A stretch of DNA of 64,000 bases from Selaginella moellendorffii (Eukaryota > Plantae > Lycopodiophyta): contig NW_003314304.1 of NCBI RefSeq assembly GCF_000143415.4, forward strand, positions 316,169-380,168, in the 5' to 3' direction. A program made the position numbers and the translations under genes. Of the stretch, positions 10,497 through 26,138 are shown one piece after another (positions within the stretch are counted from its first letter, which is position 1; each line of letters begins with the position of its first letter). The notes below the pieces were generated by a model. That model searched no databases and was not told the DNA's origin. It saw only the letters and a program-made list of their open reading frames with translations.

Positions 10497-11126
10497 CACT
10501 GATCCCCCCAGATCCTTCTCATTCTTCGCAAAAGAGACCTAAATCCTGCGAGAATTCCAGCACAAACCCCGATCGCGCGAATTCGCCGAATTGCCGTGGA
10601 GAGATCCCGAGCCGGGAGGAGAGCTACCTAGTCTAGCAGCAGCAGCATCAGCAGCAGCAGCAGCCGCGAGAGGCATCGTCGGTGGTGGCGTCGTCATCCA
10701 TGGCAGCGCTGCGCAATGGTCAAAACCCTAGAGGACGAGCGCTTGGCCATTTCCATGCCATTGCGACTACCTAGTGAGAAGCTGCCCATTTAGCTTGTGT
10801 GGTTTTTCTTTGAATGCGCCGCGTGCGGCGGCCCCCTTGCCGCATGCGGCAGAGCCGCGACGTCGTGGGCGATTCGAACGCCCCACCGGTTTTAACTTCA
10901 CCCAGATTTTTCCACTCGATTGATTGCAAAGTCTTCACACCAAGAAGAACGCAAAGATCTTCCTTCTTCGCGATCGATCGAGCAAGCTTAGAGCAAGTGA
11001 GAATGGGTTGATCGAAACAATCTATATCTATTTGCATCAATCGAGCGAGCAGATTTGCAACACGAAGAGCAAAATTTACAGTACCAAGGTGACCGCTTTG
11101 CCTGTGATCTTTTCGATCATCTCTTC

Positions 11127-11651
11127 TCAGCTGGAGCTCTCCAATCTTCTCGAGAATCTACACACAGCACAGTGAGATCGATCGAAGAGAAAGAATTAAA
11201 AAAAATGGCTAGCGATCGAATCGAAATTTGGACTCACTCTTCGAAGCACCACATCGCGACTTGGGTGCTCTTGTAGCACACATACCACATCGCGATCAAT
11301 ACGACCAATCCTTAGAATCAGTCAAGGGAAAGAACAAAGAGAGGGATTTTTTTTTCGCGAGAACGAGACGATTGAAAGGATACTGACAAGGAGCCTCTCC
11401 CACCAATCCAGCATGTAAGGCACCATTGTAACGTCAAAAAGGAACAGCATTCGCTTGATCCATGCTCGAAAGCCAAGATTTCGCTTGGGTCGATTGCGCT
11501 GCTGAGAGAAATTGATCCATTGATTCAATGGACTGGGAGAGAGATCCACAGCATTGCAAGGTGGAGACCATACCACTCCAGAGTAGCGGTCTTCGTAGTG
11601 CTCCACGCCGCCATTTGCTGTAGTACGCGCTTCTCGTCGCCCTCCCGACAT
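11127..11651 (-). CDS. Small subunit of serine palmitoyltransferase (ssSPT)-like protein, apparently N-terminally extended
   Basis: WIKRMLFLFDVTMVPYMLDWWERLLV|RLVVLIAMWYVCYK matches the plant ssSPT YMLDWWER signature plus a TM segment. Exons about 11651-11384, 11310-11238 and 11157-11127. The start codon is uncertain. Confidence 0.8.
11311..11383 (-). other. U12-type (minor spliceosome) GT-AG intron in the ssSPT gene
   Basis: The donor is GTATCCTTTC. A branch point TTCCCTTGAC (11321-11330) lies about 10 nt before the acceptor AG, with no polypyrimidine tract between them. Confidence 0.85.
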
Positions 11652-11742
11652 GCTCTCCGTATCAACCCTAACAGAATATTCTTTCCAGCTAAAAGGTATA
11701 TCCTTTGACTTGTATATTCGCACAAGATTTCCCCTTCTTTTT

Positions 11743-16716
<4,974 letters not shown>

Positions 16717-17023
16717 CCTTCATGGAAAGTCTCCGAAATATCGTAGCTGCGGCCTCTCCCGATCCCCCGAATCAAACCGCGCGGCAGGATCGAGCTCCAG
16801 AAATCCGTGGCGCGTACCTGGGAATGCTGCCGATCGATTGGGCGCCGCGGCATTGCTCTCCCTCCTCTCGAGAGATCTTACCCTAGGAAAATAACGAAGG
16901 CCAAGAGACAATCTACCGTTACTACGTCATATCCGTACACTCTTCTAGTCCGTACATAAACTTTTTTCGAAATTTAAGGTTGAACCAAGTCAACGTTTCG
17001 TTGACCGGTCATACAAGCTCTTT

Positions 17024-19390
17024 CTAGATGTAAGCTACGTTGCCAATCTTTAAGAGCCTCTCGTGAGGGACTTCGAGGATGAGGCGGCTCTCGCGGAAGT
17101 TCTTGCGGAGGATCGCGTAGAGCGTGTTGATGAAGAACTTGGTCATGACGCTGGAATCCTTGCGCGCCACCACCTCGGTGTGGCCCAGCACGTAGACAAC
17201 GCCGGCTCTCCTCGAGTTCCTCAGGAACTCGATCTCCTCCTCGTCCTCCTCTTGCGGCGACGAGATTATCTCCTGCTCCACCGCGGATCCACCACCGTTT
17301 AGATCTCCACCCACGACTGGGAAAACTTCGATCCTTGTGGTGCCATCACTCTGAGGACCATCGCTGCTCAAGTTCGTCGTCTCCTCGACTTCTTCTCGAT
17401 GATTTGCTTCTGCTGCTGCTGGTGTTGATGATGGTGCTTCATCCAGCCGGATGAATCGTTCCAGGCTCTGGAACAGTGAGTTCTCAAACTCGTTGTCCCC
17501 CCTGTGATGATCCCGGTAGCCATACCTAGCAATGCACCTGTAAATTCGGAGCTCCTTGCTTCCAACTCGCTTGAAGAGGAAGCGCTCCTCTGAAACCACG
17601 CTGCTCACTGGGAGATTCTTGATCGTCACGAACACGAGCACCGAGTGGATCGCTGGAACGTTGCTCACGTAGTGCGAGAGCATGGCCGGGACTCCCTGTG
17701 AGAGGCGGGTGTAGATCAATCCCACTCCACGAACTCGCAGAATGCTGTTGTTTGTCACGAGACCCGTGATCCACTCCACCGACATCTTGTTCTCGAGCTC
17801 GTACTTGTTCCTCCTGGAGCTCCCGAAGAACCACGTGAACATGATACTCATGAAGATTGCCGCGAACAGCATCGGAAGCCAGCCACCTTCCGTGAACTTG
17901 ACGAGCACCGACGAAAAGTATGTGAGCTCCAGCATCGCGTAGATCGCAAAGTAGGCCAGGATGAGCAGGATATTCGTCTTCCACACCAGGAGCATTATGA
18001 TCGCGGTCAAGAACGTCGTCACCGACATCACCGAGACGACGCAGATGCCGTAGGCGTTCCCGATGGTGGTCGTATTCTTGAAGATGATGGTGATCACGAC
18101 GCAGGCCAGCATGAGGAACCAGTTCATCTCGGGGATGTAGACTTGCCCGGGGAAACGCTTCGAGGTGTGGACAACCTTGACCCGCGGGAAGCAGCTCATC
18201 GCCTGCGACTGCTTGATGATCTGAAAAACCGCCGAGATCATGGCCTGGCTCGCGATGATCGCAGACAAGACCGCCACCACGAACATCGGCCAGTAGACCG
18301 CCGCTGGCACCGACTTGTAGAAAGCGTTGGCAACGTCTTCCGGATGCTTCATCAGGTAGGCTGCCTGCCCGCAGTAAGCCAGCAAGAGCGTCGGATAAAC
18401 AAAAGGCACGAAGGCGATCTGGATGGAGCGCGCACTGAAGTGGCCAACGTCCGCAAACATGGCTTCCGTGCCGGTGATGCACAGCACCACCCCTCCCAGC
18501 GAGATAAAACCGTCCAGCTTGCGGAGGAGAAAGTAGTCGAGGATGAACTTCGGGTTGAAAGCTCTGAGCACGCTCAAGTCGTGAGCTCCGATGTTGTAGA
18601 GACCGATGACGCCGATAGCCACGAACCAGACGGTGAGAACCGGCGCGAACATGAAGCCAACTTTGTCCGTGCCAAACCTCTGGAGGTTGAAGAGCAGCAC
18701 CAAGATCACGACCGAGATGGCCACGATGATGTTCTGTCCGAGAGAGCTCACCTGGACCTGGATCCCCTGAACAGCCGAGATCACTGAGATGGCCGGAGTA
18801 AGAGTACCATCGCCAATCACCATGCAAGTCCCCAGCAAAGTCACGAGCAGCAGGATCATATGCACTGCCTTGCGACCCTCCATGAAGTTCCGGATCCCTT
18901 CTCGAAACCTGCCAGTGATCCTGGGAACGACGTCGTAGCCGGAGAGAGCTCGATCATCTGGATGAGCCTTTCGACCGAAAACTCCCACGTTGATGCTTCG
19001 GCACAGCAAAGTATAGACCGCGAAGGTCCCGCCTTCGTTGTTGTCACTGGCCTGGAGCACCACTAGAACGTACTTGAGGAGAGGGCTGAGTGTGAGCGTG
19101 TAGATGATGAGCGATAGAACCCCCAAAACGTTCGCCTCGACGTGCTGTGGATCGATCCCATTCGGGAATGTGCTGCTAAACACGTAGAGAGGGCTCGTCC
19201 CTAGATCGCCATAGACGACCCCGATCGATTGAAAAGCTAGGCGCAGCAGCAGCGCCGTGGTCATAACCTTGACATTCGCGAGCCCGGAGACCTTGCTCGC
19301 GATGCGCTCCAAAGAATCATACCTGGACAGCGTCCTGTCTCCGGATCGCGATGGCGGCGCTTCATCGCCTGTTGGATTGCTTTCTTCCAT
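17024..19390 (-). CDS. HAK/KUP/KT potassium transporter (HAK5-like), intronless
   Basis: 788-aa ORF with GVVYGDLGTSPLY, EGGTFAVYTL, GDGTLTPAISVISAV, GTEAMFADVGHF, GQVYIPEMNW and RCIARYGY. Confidence 0.96.
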   Translation of the reverse strand: MEESNPTGDEAPPSRSGDRTLSRYDSLERIASKVSGLANVKVMTTALLLRLAFQSIGVVYGDLGTSPLYVFSSTFPNGIDPQHVEANVLGVLSLIIYTLTLSPLLKYVLVVLQASDNNEGGTFAVYTLLCRSINVGVFGRKAHPDDRALSGYDVVPRITGRFREGIRNFMEGRKAVHMILLLVTLLGTCMVIGDGTLTPAISVISAVQGIQVQVSSLGQNIIVAISVVILVLLFNLQRFGTDKVGFMFAPVLTVWFVAIGVIGLYNIGAHDLSVLRAFNPKFILDYFLLRKLDGFISLGGVVLCITGTEAMFADVGHFSARSIQIAFVPFVYPTLLLAYCGQAAYLMKHPEDVANAFYKSVPAAVYWPMFVVAVLSAIIASQAMISAVFQIIKQSQAMSCFPRVKVVHTSKRFPGQVYIPEMNWFLMLACVVITIIFKNTTTIGNAYGICVVSVMSVTTFLTAIIMLLVWKTNILLILAYFAIYAMLELTYFSSVLVKFTEGGWLPMLFAAIFMSIMFTWFFGSSRRNKYELENKMSVEWITGLVTNNSILRVRGVGLIYTRLSQGVPAMLSHYVSNVPAIHSVLVFVTIKNLPVSSVVSEERFLFKRVGSKELRIYRCIARYGYRDHHRGDNEFENSLFQSLERFIRLDEAPSSTPAAAEANHREEVEETTNLSSDGPQSDGTTRIEVFPVVGGDLNGGGSAVEQEIISSPQEEDEEEIEFLRNSRRAGVVYVLGHTEVVARKDSSVMTKFFINTLYAILRKNFRESRLILEVPHERLLKIGNVAYI

Positions 19391-19631
19391 CGGCTGTTCT
19401 TGGGAGAACCCTAAAACTCCTATTTATATGGCTCTGGGCAGAAAGGGTTTAAGGAAAAGGATTGCTATGGACCGTCGGATCAAGTAAGACAAACTATGCT
19501 ATGGACCGTCGGACCGAGGGAGGGATCAAAGCATTTGAAAAAGGAATATCTTGCGCGACTTGGGGAGTCTAGGGTTCCACGAGAATGCACGCAGGGTTTT
19601 CTCTTCTTCTCTTCACCGATCTCATCGATCC

Positions 19632-21651
19632 ATGAGAGAATCGCAAGCAAGGATGCGAATTGCGCTCGCGATTCTTCTCACAGCCGCAGCGATCGGCGGC
19701 AGGGTAGATTCGGTCACTCTGGATGTCTCTCCAAAGGTTCTTGACCGCTCTGGCGAGATTATCACGGTGGAATGGTCGGGTCTGGAGTCGCCGTCGCCAT
19801 TGGACTGGATCGGGATCTACACGCCACCGGACAGTCTCGATGGTAATTTCATCGGGTATCTTCTCCTCTCTTCTTCCTCCGCGGCTTGGCGAGAGGGCAA
19901 AGGATCGCTCCAGCTCCCACTGGTAAACATGCGAGCGGCCTATCAGCTCCGGCTCTTTCGAGGGATTCCTCCATCCAAGAGCTCGCGATTCGACGAGGAT
20001 GGAAATCCTCTTCCAAGCACAGATTCCCGACTGGCAGTGTCGGATGATGTCCAGTTCGCGAGCTTCAACGAGCCAACGCAGATCCATCTCTCTTTGACAT
20101 CGAATTTCGGGGAAGTTCGTGTGATGTTTGTGACCAGAGACGCGCTAGAGTGTTTTATACTCTATGGAACAGAGCAGGACTCTCTCGATTTGACAGTGGC
20201 GACGAAGTCGATCACTTACCAGCAAGGTGATATGTGTGACGAGCCGGCAAACACTACTCTGGGGTGGAGAAATCCTGGATATATTCACGATGGTGTTCTT
20301 GGAAAGCTCAAGCCCAGCAAGCGATACTTTTACCAGGTATGTTCTTCAGAAGCTTTCAAGAACACCATCGTTGTTGATCGATCAATTTTTCCAGGTGGGA
20401 AGCAAGGAGGGAGGATGGAGCAAAACGTACAGCTTCGTCTCGTCCCCGGAAGAAGGTGACGAGACAAACGCTCTTCTTTTCGGAGATTTGGGAACCACAG
20501 TACCTTACAAAACGTTCCTTTGGACGCAAGCCCAGAGCGCTAGCACTCTCAAGTGGCTGGAGCGCGACTTAGACGAACTCGAGGACAAGCCAACGTTTAT
20601 CTCTCACATTGGAGACATAAGCTACGCTCGAGGATACGCTTGGCTTTGGGACGAGTTCTTTCACCGCATCCAGCCAGTAGCAGCGAGAGCTCCCTACACC
20701 GTTTGCATCGGCAACCACGAGTACGACTGGCCTTTGCAACCCTGGAAGCCGGACTGGGCGCTGAGAGTCTATGGAACCGATGGAGGTGGCGAGTGCGGCG
20801 TCCCTTACAGTCTCAAGTTCCAGATGCCTGGGAATTCGACGCTCCTGACCGGGACCAAGGCACCAGCGACGAAGAACCTCTACTTCTCGCTCGACTTCGG
20901 CGTGGTACACTTCCTCTACTTCTCAACCGAGACGGACTTTCTCCCCGGAAGCAGACAGTACGAGTTCATCGTCCGGGATCTCGAGGCCGTAGACAGGAGC
21001 AAGGTGCCGTTCGTGGTGGTGCTCGGTCACAGGCCGATGTACACGAGCAACCACGAGGTCCGAGATGGTCCAGTGAGATCGAGAATGCTGGAGCACCTCG
21101 AGCCGGTGTTGGTGAAGAACCGAGTGGACGTTGCGCTCTGGGGACACGTCCACAAGTACGAGAGGACCTGTGCCGTGAAGAACTTCAGCTGCGCAGCCGC
21201 GGATGGATCAAGCTTTGCTCCGGTTCATGTGGTGATTGGGATGGGCGGACAGGACTGGCAGCCGCAGTGGGAGCCTCGCAGTGATCATCCAGAGTATCCA
21301 ATCTTCCCGCAGCCCGAGTGGTCCGTGTTTAGAAGTGAGGAGTTTGGCTACGTGAGGCTCCACGCCACAAAAGAGCTCCTCCGGCTGTCTTACGTGGGGA
21401 ATGGCGATGGTGAAGTCCACGACTACGTCGAGATTCCAGCTTCCTCCTCAATGCTACTGTCTTCGTCCCAGCAAAACGCGGTGAGGTCCATCGATCGCGC
21501 TGGGAGTGGTGCGAATTATTTCTTCACTGCGAGCTTGTGGTTTGCTGTGGGAGGCTTCTTCGCGGCGACGATTCTTCTGAGTGTGTGGAAGAAGCGCTCG
21601 GACTCCAAGGTGGAGTGGAAGCGTTTGGAGATGAGGCCTTTGGAAGTCTAG
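19632..21651 (+). CDS. Purple acid phosphatase, PAP2/PAP9-like, with signal peptide and C-terminal TM tail
   Basis: Metal-ligand motifs FGDLG, GDISY, GNHE, VLGH and GHVH. C-terminal hydrophobic segment FFTASLWFAVGGFFAATILLSVW. Intron 20337-20394. Confidence 0.93.
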
Positions 21652-22299
21652 AAGTTAGATATATATATGTAATATTATTGAATTTCTTAATGTAAAATTA
21701 TATATCGATAGATAGACATTTTTAAAGTGCCTTAAGCTTATTTATTTGGTGTATGGGGAATTAATCCCCTTCTCCTTCCTGCTGTTAAGTGTTTTGTGGT
21801 TCTTGTTCAGATTAAGCATTAGCTTTGATAACGTAGTCAACATAGGTCAAAAGGAAATTCAAAGATATATTAATTGGGGGAATAATTGACTTTGTCCTTG
21901 TTGAGGAGGTAGTTGCAAAGATAAACATTGAAATTATTAGAATCCTAATGCCGATCGTGGTGTCATAAAATTAAGAAAGTTTGAATTATTTATGATGTTG
22001 TTCATGAGTTATAAACCTTTATTAAAAATCAGTAAAAAATGCAAGAGGAGATGTAAGGAAGTCTTATTTGGAGTACCGCCATAGTGTGTTAACATAGTTA
22101 TGCATGGTATATATCATAACATCTAGATCAATTCAAAATTTCAACTTTTGTGTAAAGTAATTTTAAATATAGAAGTTTTAATGGCTCATAAATAAATTTT
22201 AAATTTGCTTTTCATTTATGTTTTGCCCTTTAATGACATGAAGAATAAATTTTGACATTTTCAGCAATGGAAACTTGCCAAATCTCTAAATGAGCCACT

Positions 22300-22870
22300 A
22301 AATCACAGCAATTTGCAAAAGATGGACTACACTTGGAAGATCGTCCAGGAAGCCATGCGCTTGGCTCCCCCTGCAGCGGAAAAACCTCTGAAACAAATGA
22401 ATTTACCATGGATGGATTCACAGTTCCAAAGGACTGGCAAAGTTTACTGATAGATTGTTTGCTTTCATGCTGTACAAGAGATGGAGAGTTTCTTCCAGGA
22501 ACGGCATAGTTGGGTCATAGGATTTCTGTGAGAAAGCCCTCCAGATCCATATCCCGGCCAGTACTAAGCTCACCACCGCTATTACTCCCGGCATAGTTAC
22601 CAATTAACGCGTTCGGGTGAAAAACGCGTTCGTAACACACGTCCGGGTTCGAGTCACGTTCAAAACTTTAATCCAGATCGATTAAATCGCCCATTGCTTT
22701 CAAACACCTACGTTCCATTTAGCGGGGGCCCTCGCGTTTGTTTCGGATACAAGGTCGCCAAGATGCAAGACCGCATTATTCTATACCACCGTGTCACAAG
22801 GTTTGGACGCTACTGGATCCAAACGAGGCCATGACCCACCCGCTCTCCCCGTCAATCGCATGGGCGTAAG
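22300..22870. pseudogene. Scrambled cytochrome P450 pseudogene fragments related to the adjacent CYP
   Basis: On +, KMDYTWKIVQEAMR...FTVPKDWQ (about 22318-22440) and YVPFSGGPRVC (about 22708-22741). On -, an N-terminal piece AVVSLVLAGIWIWRAFSQKSYDP (about 22445-22595) lies between them. Confidence 0.85.
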
Positions 22871-23057
22871 ACTCGGTTCAGTAAAAATCAGGTTTTGATC
22901 GTCATAGTTCGTAAGAGGAATAAACTCAAGAACAGTCAAGTAAGGTCAAATAAAGATTCGATGCTACAGTCAGGACGTGCAAGGCGGCATTGTCTTCTCT
23001 CGATCCTTCACAGGTAACCTCAATTTCAAGAACAAGGGCTAGAGAAAGAGAGAAAAG

Positions 23058-24611
23058 ATGCTAGAGTTTCTAGTAGCAGTGGTGAGCTTAGTATTGGCCG
23101 GCCTATGGATATGGAGGGCTTTCTCGCAGAAATCCTATGATCCCCCGACGCCTCCGGGGAGTTTTGGGCTCCCATTCCTGGGAGAAACTCTCCATGTCTT
23201 GTACAGCATGAAAGCAAACAGTCTATCGGAATTCTTCGAGTCTCGCGAGCGAAGGTATGGTCCTGTTTTCAAGACACACCTGTTTGGCCACCCCACGGTA
23301 GTGGTAAGCCCTCCTCTTGGATTCAAGTTTTTGTTCTCCAACCATGGCAAGCTCGTGGAGAGCTCCTGGCCAGCGCCAATGAAGATGCTCATGGGTGACA
23401 AGAGCTTGTTCTTCATGGAGGGCCAGAGAGCCAAGAGCTTCCGTCACATACTTATGGCGTTCCTTGGCCCCGAGGCAATGCGAAGGTATGTCGCAAGGGC
23501 CAGCTCCATCGCCCAGGCACACATCGAGAAGTTTTGGTTGGATGGATCGGAAGTTCGAGCATATTTTCTTGTTAAGAAGGCCTTGTTCTCGGTGGTGTTT
23601 AACTTGTTCTTGAGCATACAAGACGACGAGGAGGAGAGAGAGCTCTTGGTTCCATTTGAGGAGTTTTTGCACGGGTTACTCGAGCTGCCCATCAACTTTC
23701 CCGGGACCAAGTTTCGGCAGGCAAAGCTTGCGACGCGCAAGATCTCTGGGAAGCTGGACAAGTTTATAAATAAGAGAAAGGTGGAGCTCCAGGAAGGGAA
23801 GGCGTCGGCTGAGCAAGATTTGCTCAGCGTTCTTTTGACAACGAGGGGAGAAGATGGAGAGCTCATGAGCGAGGAAGAGGTAAAGCAAAACATCCTCATG
23901 ATGGTACTGGCCGGGCACGACACCACTGCTAGCACTCTGGCGGTCTCCATGAAATGCATCGCTGAGAATCCCTGGTGCTACGATCGACTTCGACAAGGTT
24001 TTTACCATCAACCTCTATGATCTAACTCTCAAAGTTTCATGACCAGAGCATCTTGCCATAGCTGCTGCGAAGGATTCGAGCGAGCCACTCCGTCTAGAAG
24101 ATCTCCAAAAGATGAACTACACCTGGAAAGTTGTCCAGGAAGCCATGCGTCTGGTCCCTCCAGCGCTGGGAAACACGCGGATAGCGATCACACACATGAC
24201 CATCGAGGGCTTCACAGTTCCAAAAGATTGGCGAGTAAGTTCCTTCACTCGATCATCTCAAGAAATTCTCTTATGATCACGTAAAATCCTTCTTTGATTG
24301 ATGGCCAGTTCATGTGGAGCGTCTTCCAGAGCAACAGGAGGAGCGCGTTCTTCCCTGAGCCGGACAAGTTTGATCCGGAGCGATTCAACGGGAGCTCGGG
24401 CTTGATCCCATACACGTACGTTCCATTTGGTGGAGGCCCTCGCATTTGCCCCGGGAATGAGCTCGCAAAGATGCTCCTCCGCGTGTTCTTGCATCATCTA
24501 CTCACCCAGTTGCAGTGGTCGCTCCTCGATCCAAACGAGCACATCCAAATGGCTCCACTCGCAGCTCCGGCCAACGGCCTCCACATCAAACTCTCAAAAA
24601 ATCCAATATAA
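23058..24611 (+). CDS. Cytochrome P450, CYP85 clan (CYP716/CYP725-like)
   Basis: N-terminal anchor, PPGSFGLPFLGET, AGHDTT I-helix, EAMR, PERF and the heme motif FGGGPRICPG. Exons 23058-23997, 24047-24234, 24309-24611. Confidence 0.92.
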
Positions 24612-26138
24612 TCCCTTGGATCTTGGAAACCATAAACTATATCACTCGATCTTGGAACCAGAGCATCACACTTTACCACCATTTATAATGTACGAAATGT
24701 ATCTTTCTTATGGAAGCTTCAAGATCTTGGAGCTAAATCCAGCCACCTTACACATACGTGTACGCCTACGGTCATAAGGATACGAAATCTGACTGACGGC
24801 AGCCGCCACTTATTGCCGTCTCCTGTTTGTTTTTCACATTTGACTGGCGAAGAGCTCAAGATCTTCTCAAGAAAAGCTAGCTCTCTCTCTCTCTCTCTCT
24901 GTGACAGAGTAAATTATCCATAAAAATTCTGTCATGCCACAAATTGCATTTTAGAGTAAGCTTGTTTTACATTTTAATCAAGAAACAGCTGGTTATTTTT
25001 CAATATATTTTGATAATAAATATGCACATTTGATTATTACAAAGAAAATGACTTTATAAAAAGGATCACAAAGCATTAGATTAATTTGATTGGTGCCTAC
25101 AAAATAACATGCATTTTCACGTAATGTCACTAACAAACAAGTAGTATGTTTTTAATAAATGGATAATTTCCTGTCAGACAGAAAAGGAATATAATAAAAC
25201 TTTAAAATAGCACATAGTAGGTGGTAGTGAATATACCTAGAATGTGCTTGGATATTCTAGGATATTCTATTATTTAGATTAATCTTGTATTTAATTTATA
25301 AACAAGGTTATAAGTTATAAGCTTTCTTAAACACTTTCTAGTATATTCTTTTTTATTCTACCATCTAATGGTTGATATGGAACAAGATTAATTTTGTGTT
25401 TATAAATTATAAACATGTTTATAATTATAAAATTTTATTTTGGATTAATAAGTAAGAAGAATAAGCAAACCAAGTATTGCTACATGCAACCCATAGCAAA
25501 TAAATTTTAATACAAAGAACAACAATTATTATTGAATAAACATATAATCAATATTGTTAATTGATCACATTACACGATCCATCATAGCAAAAAGTATAAC
25601 TATAAATACAAGCACAACATTAGATAAAGCTAATTTTCAAATAATTTTTATTAATTGAATTTATCAGCATTCATACTTTTAAAAACCATGCTTTTTGTTC
25701 CACCGTTTCTTGTGCACTTTGCAGTTACAAACAGTTCCATCAATAGATGGGTTTCCAAAAAATCACGATATTGCAAAAATTATAATCATTCAAATTTGTT
25801 TGGATTGTCGGAACAAATTTAAAATAAAGCGCACATTATCCAACTTCAAGACATTTCATAGTTCCTAGGCTTGCAAGGAAATCACCACCGAGGCATGAAG
25901 ATTCCAACGATTCCGGAACAAATGAAGATGGGGGTTCGAAGCATTTGGCTGTAGAAGGGAGTTAAAGAGTACAAGCCAAACATGGTGACTTACAGGATCT
26001 CGACGTTCATGACTCTCTTGATCGAAGCTCTTCGTCTAGCACTATGTTGCTCACAAATGAATCAAATCTCATTCCTGAACTTCAGGACGTAGTTTACTCC
26101 AAGCAGAACTCTCCAAAACTGTCACCTAGCAGCCTGCT

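Noticed and set aside
17526-18827. 433-aa alternative-frame ORF in HAK
   Set aside because: It is an Arg/His/Gly-rich shadow frame of a GC-rich CDS with no domain signal.
22605-22660. B-box-like GGTTCGAGTC and repeated AACGCGTTCG, possible tRNA or SINE
   Set aside because: There is no A box, cloverleaf or tail.
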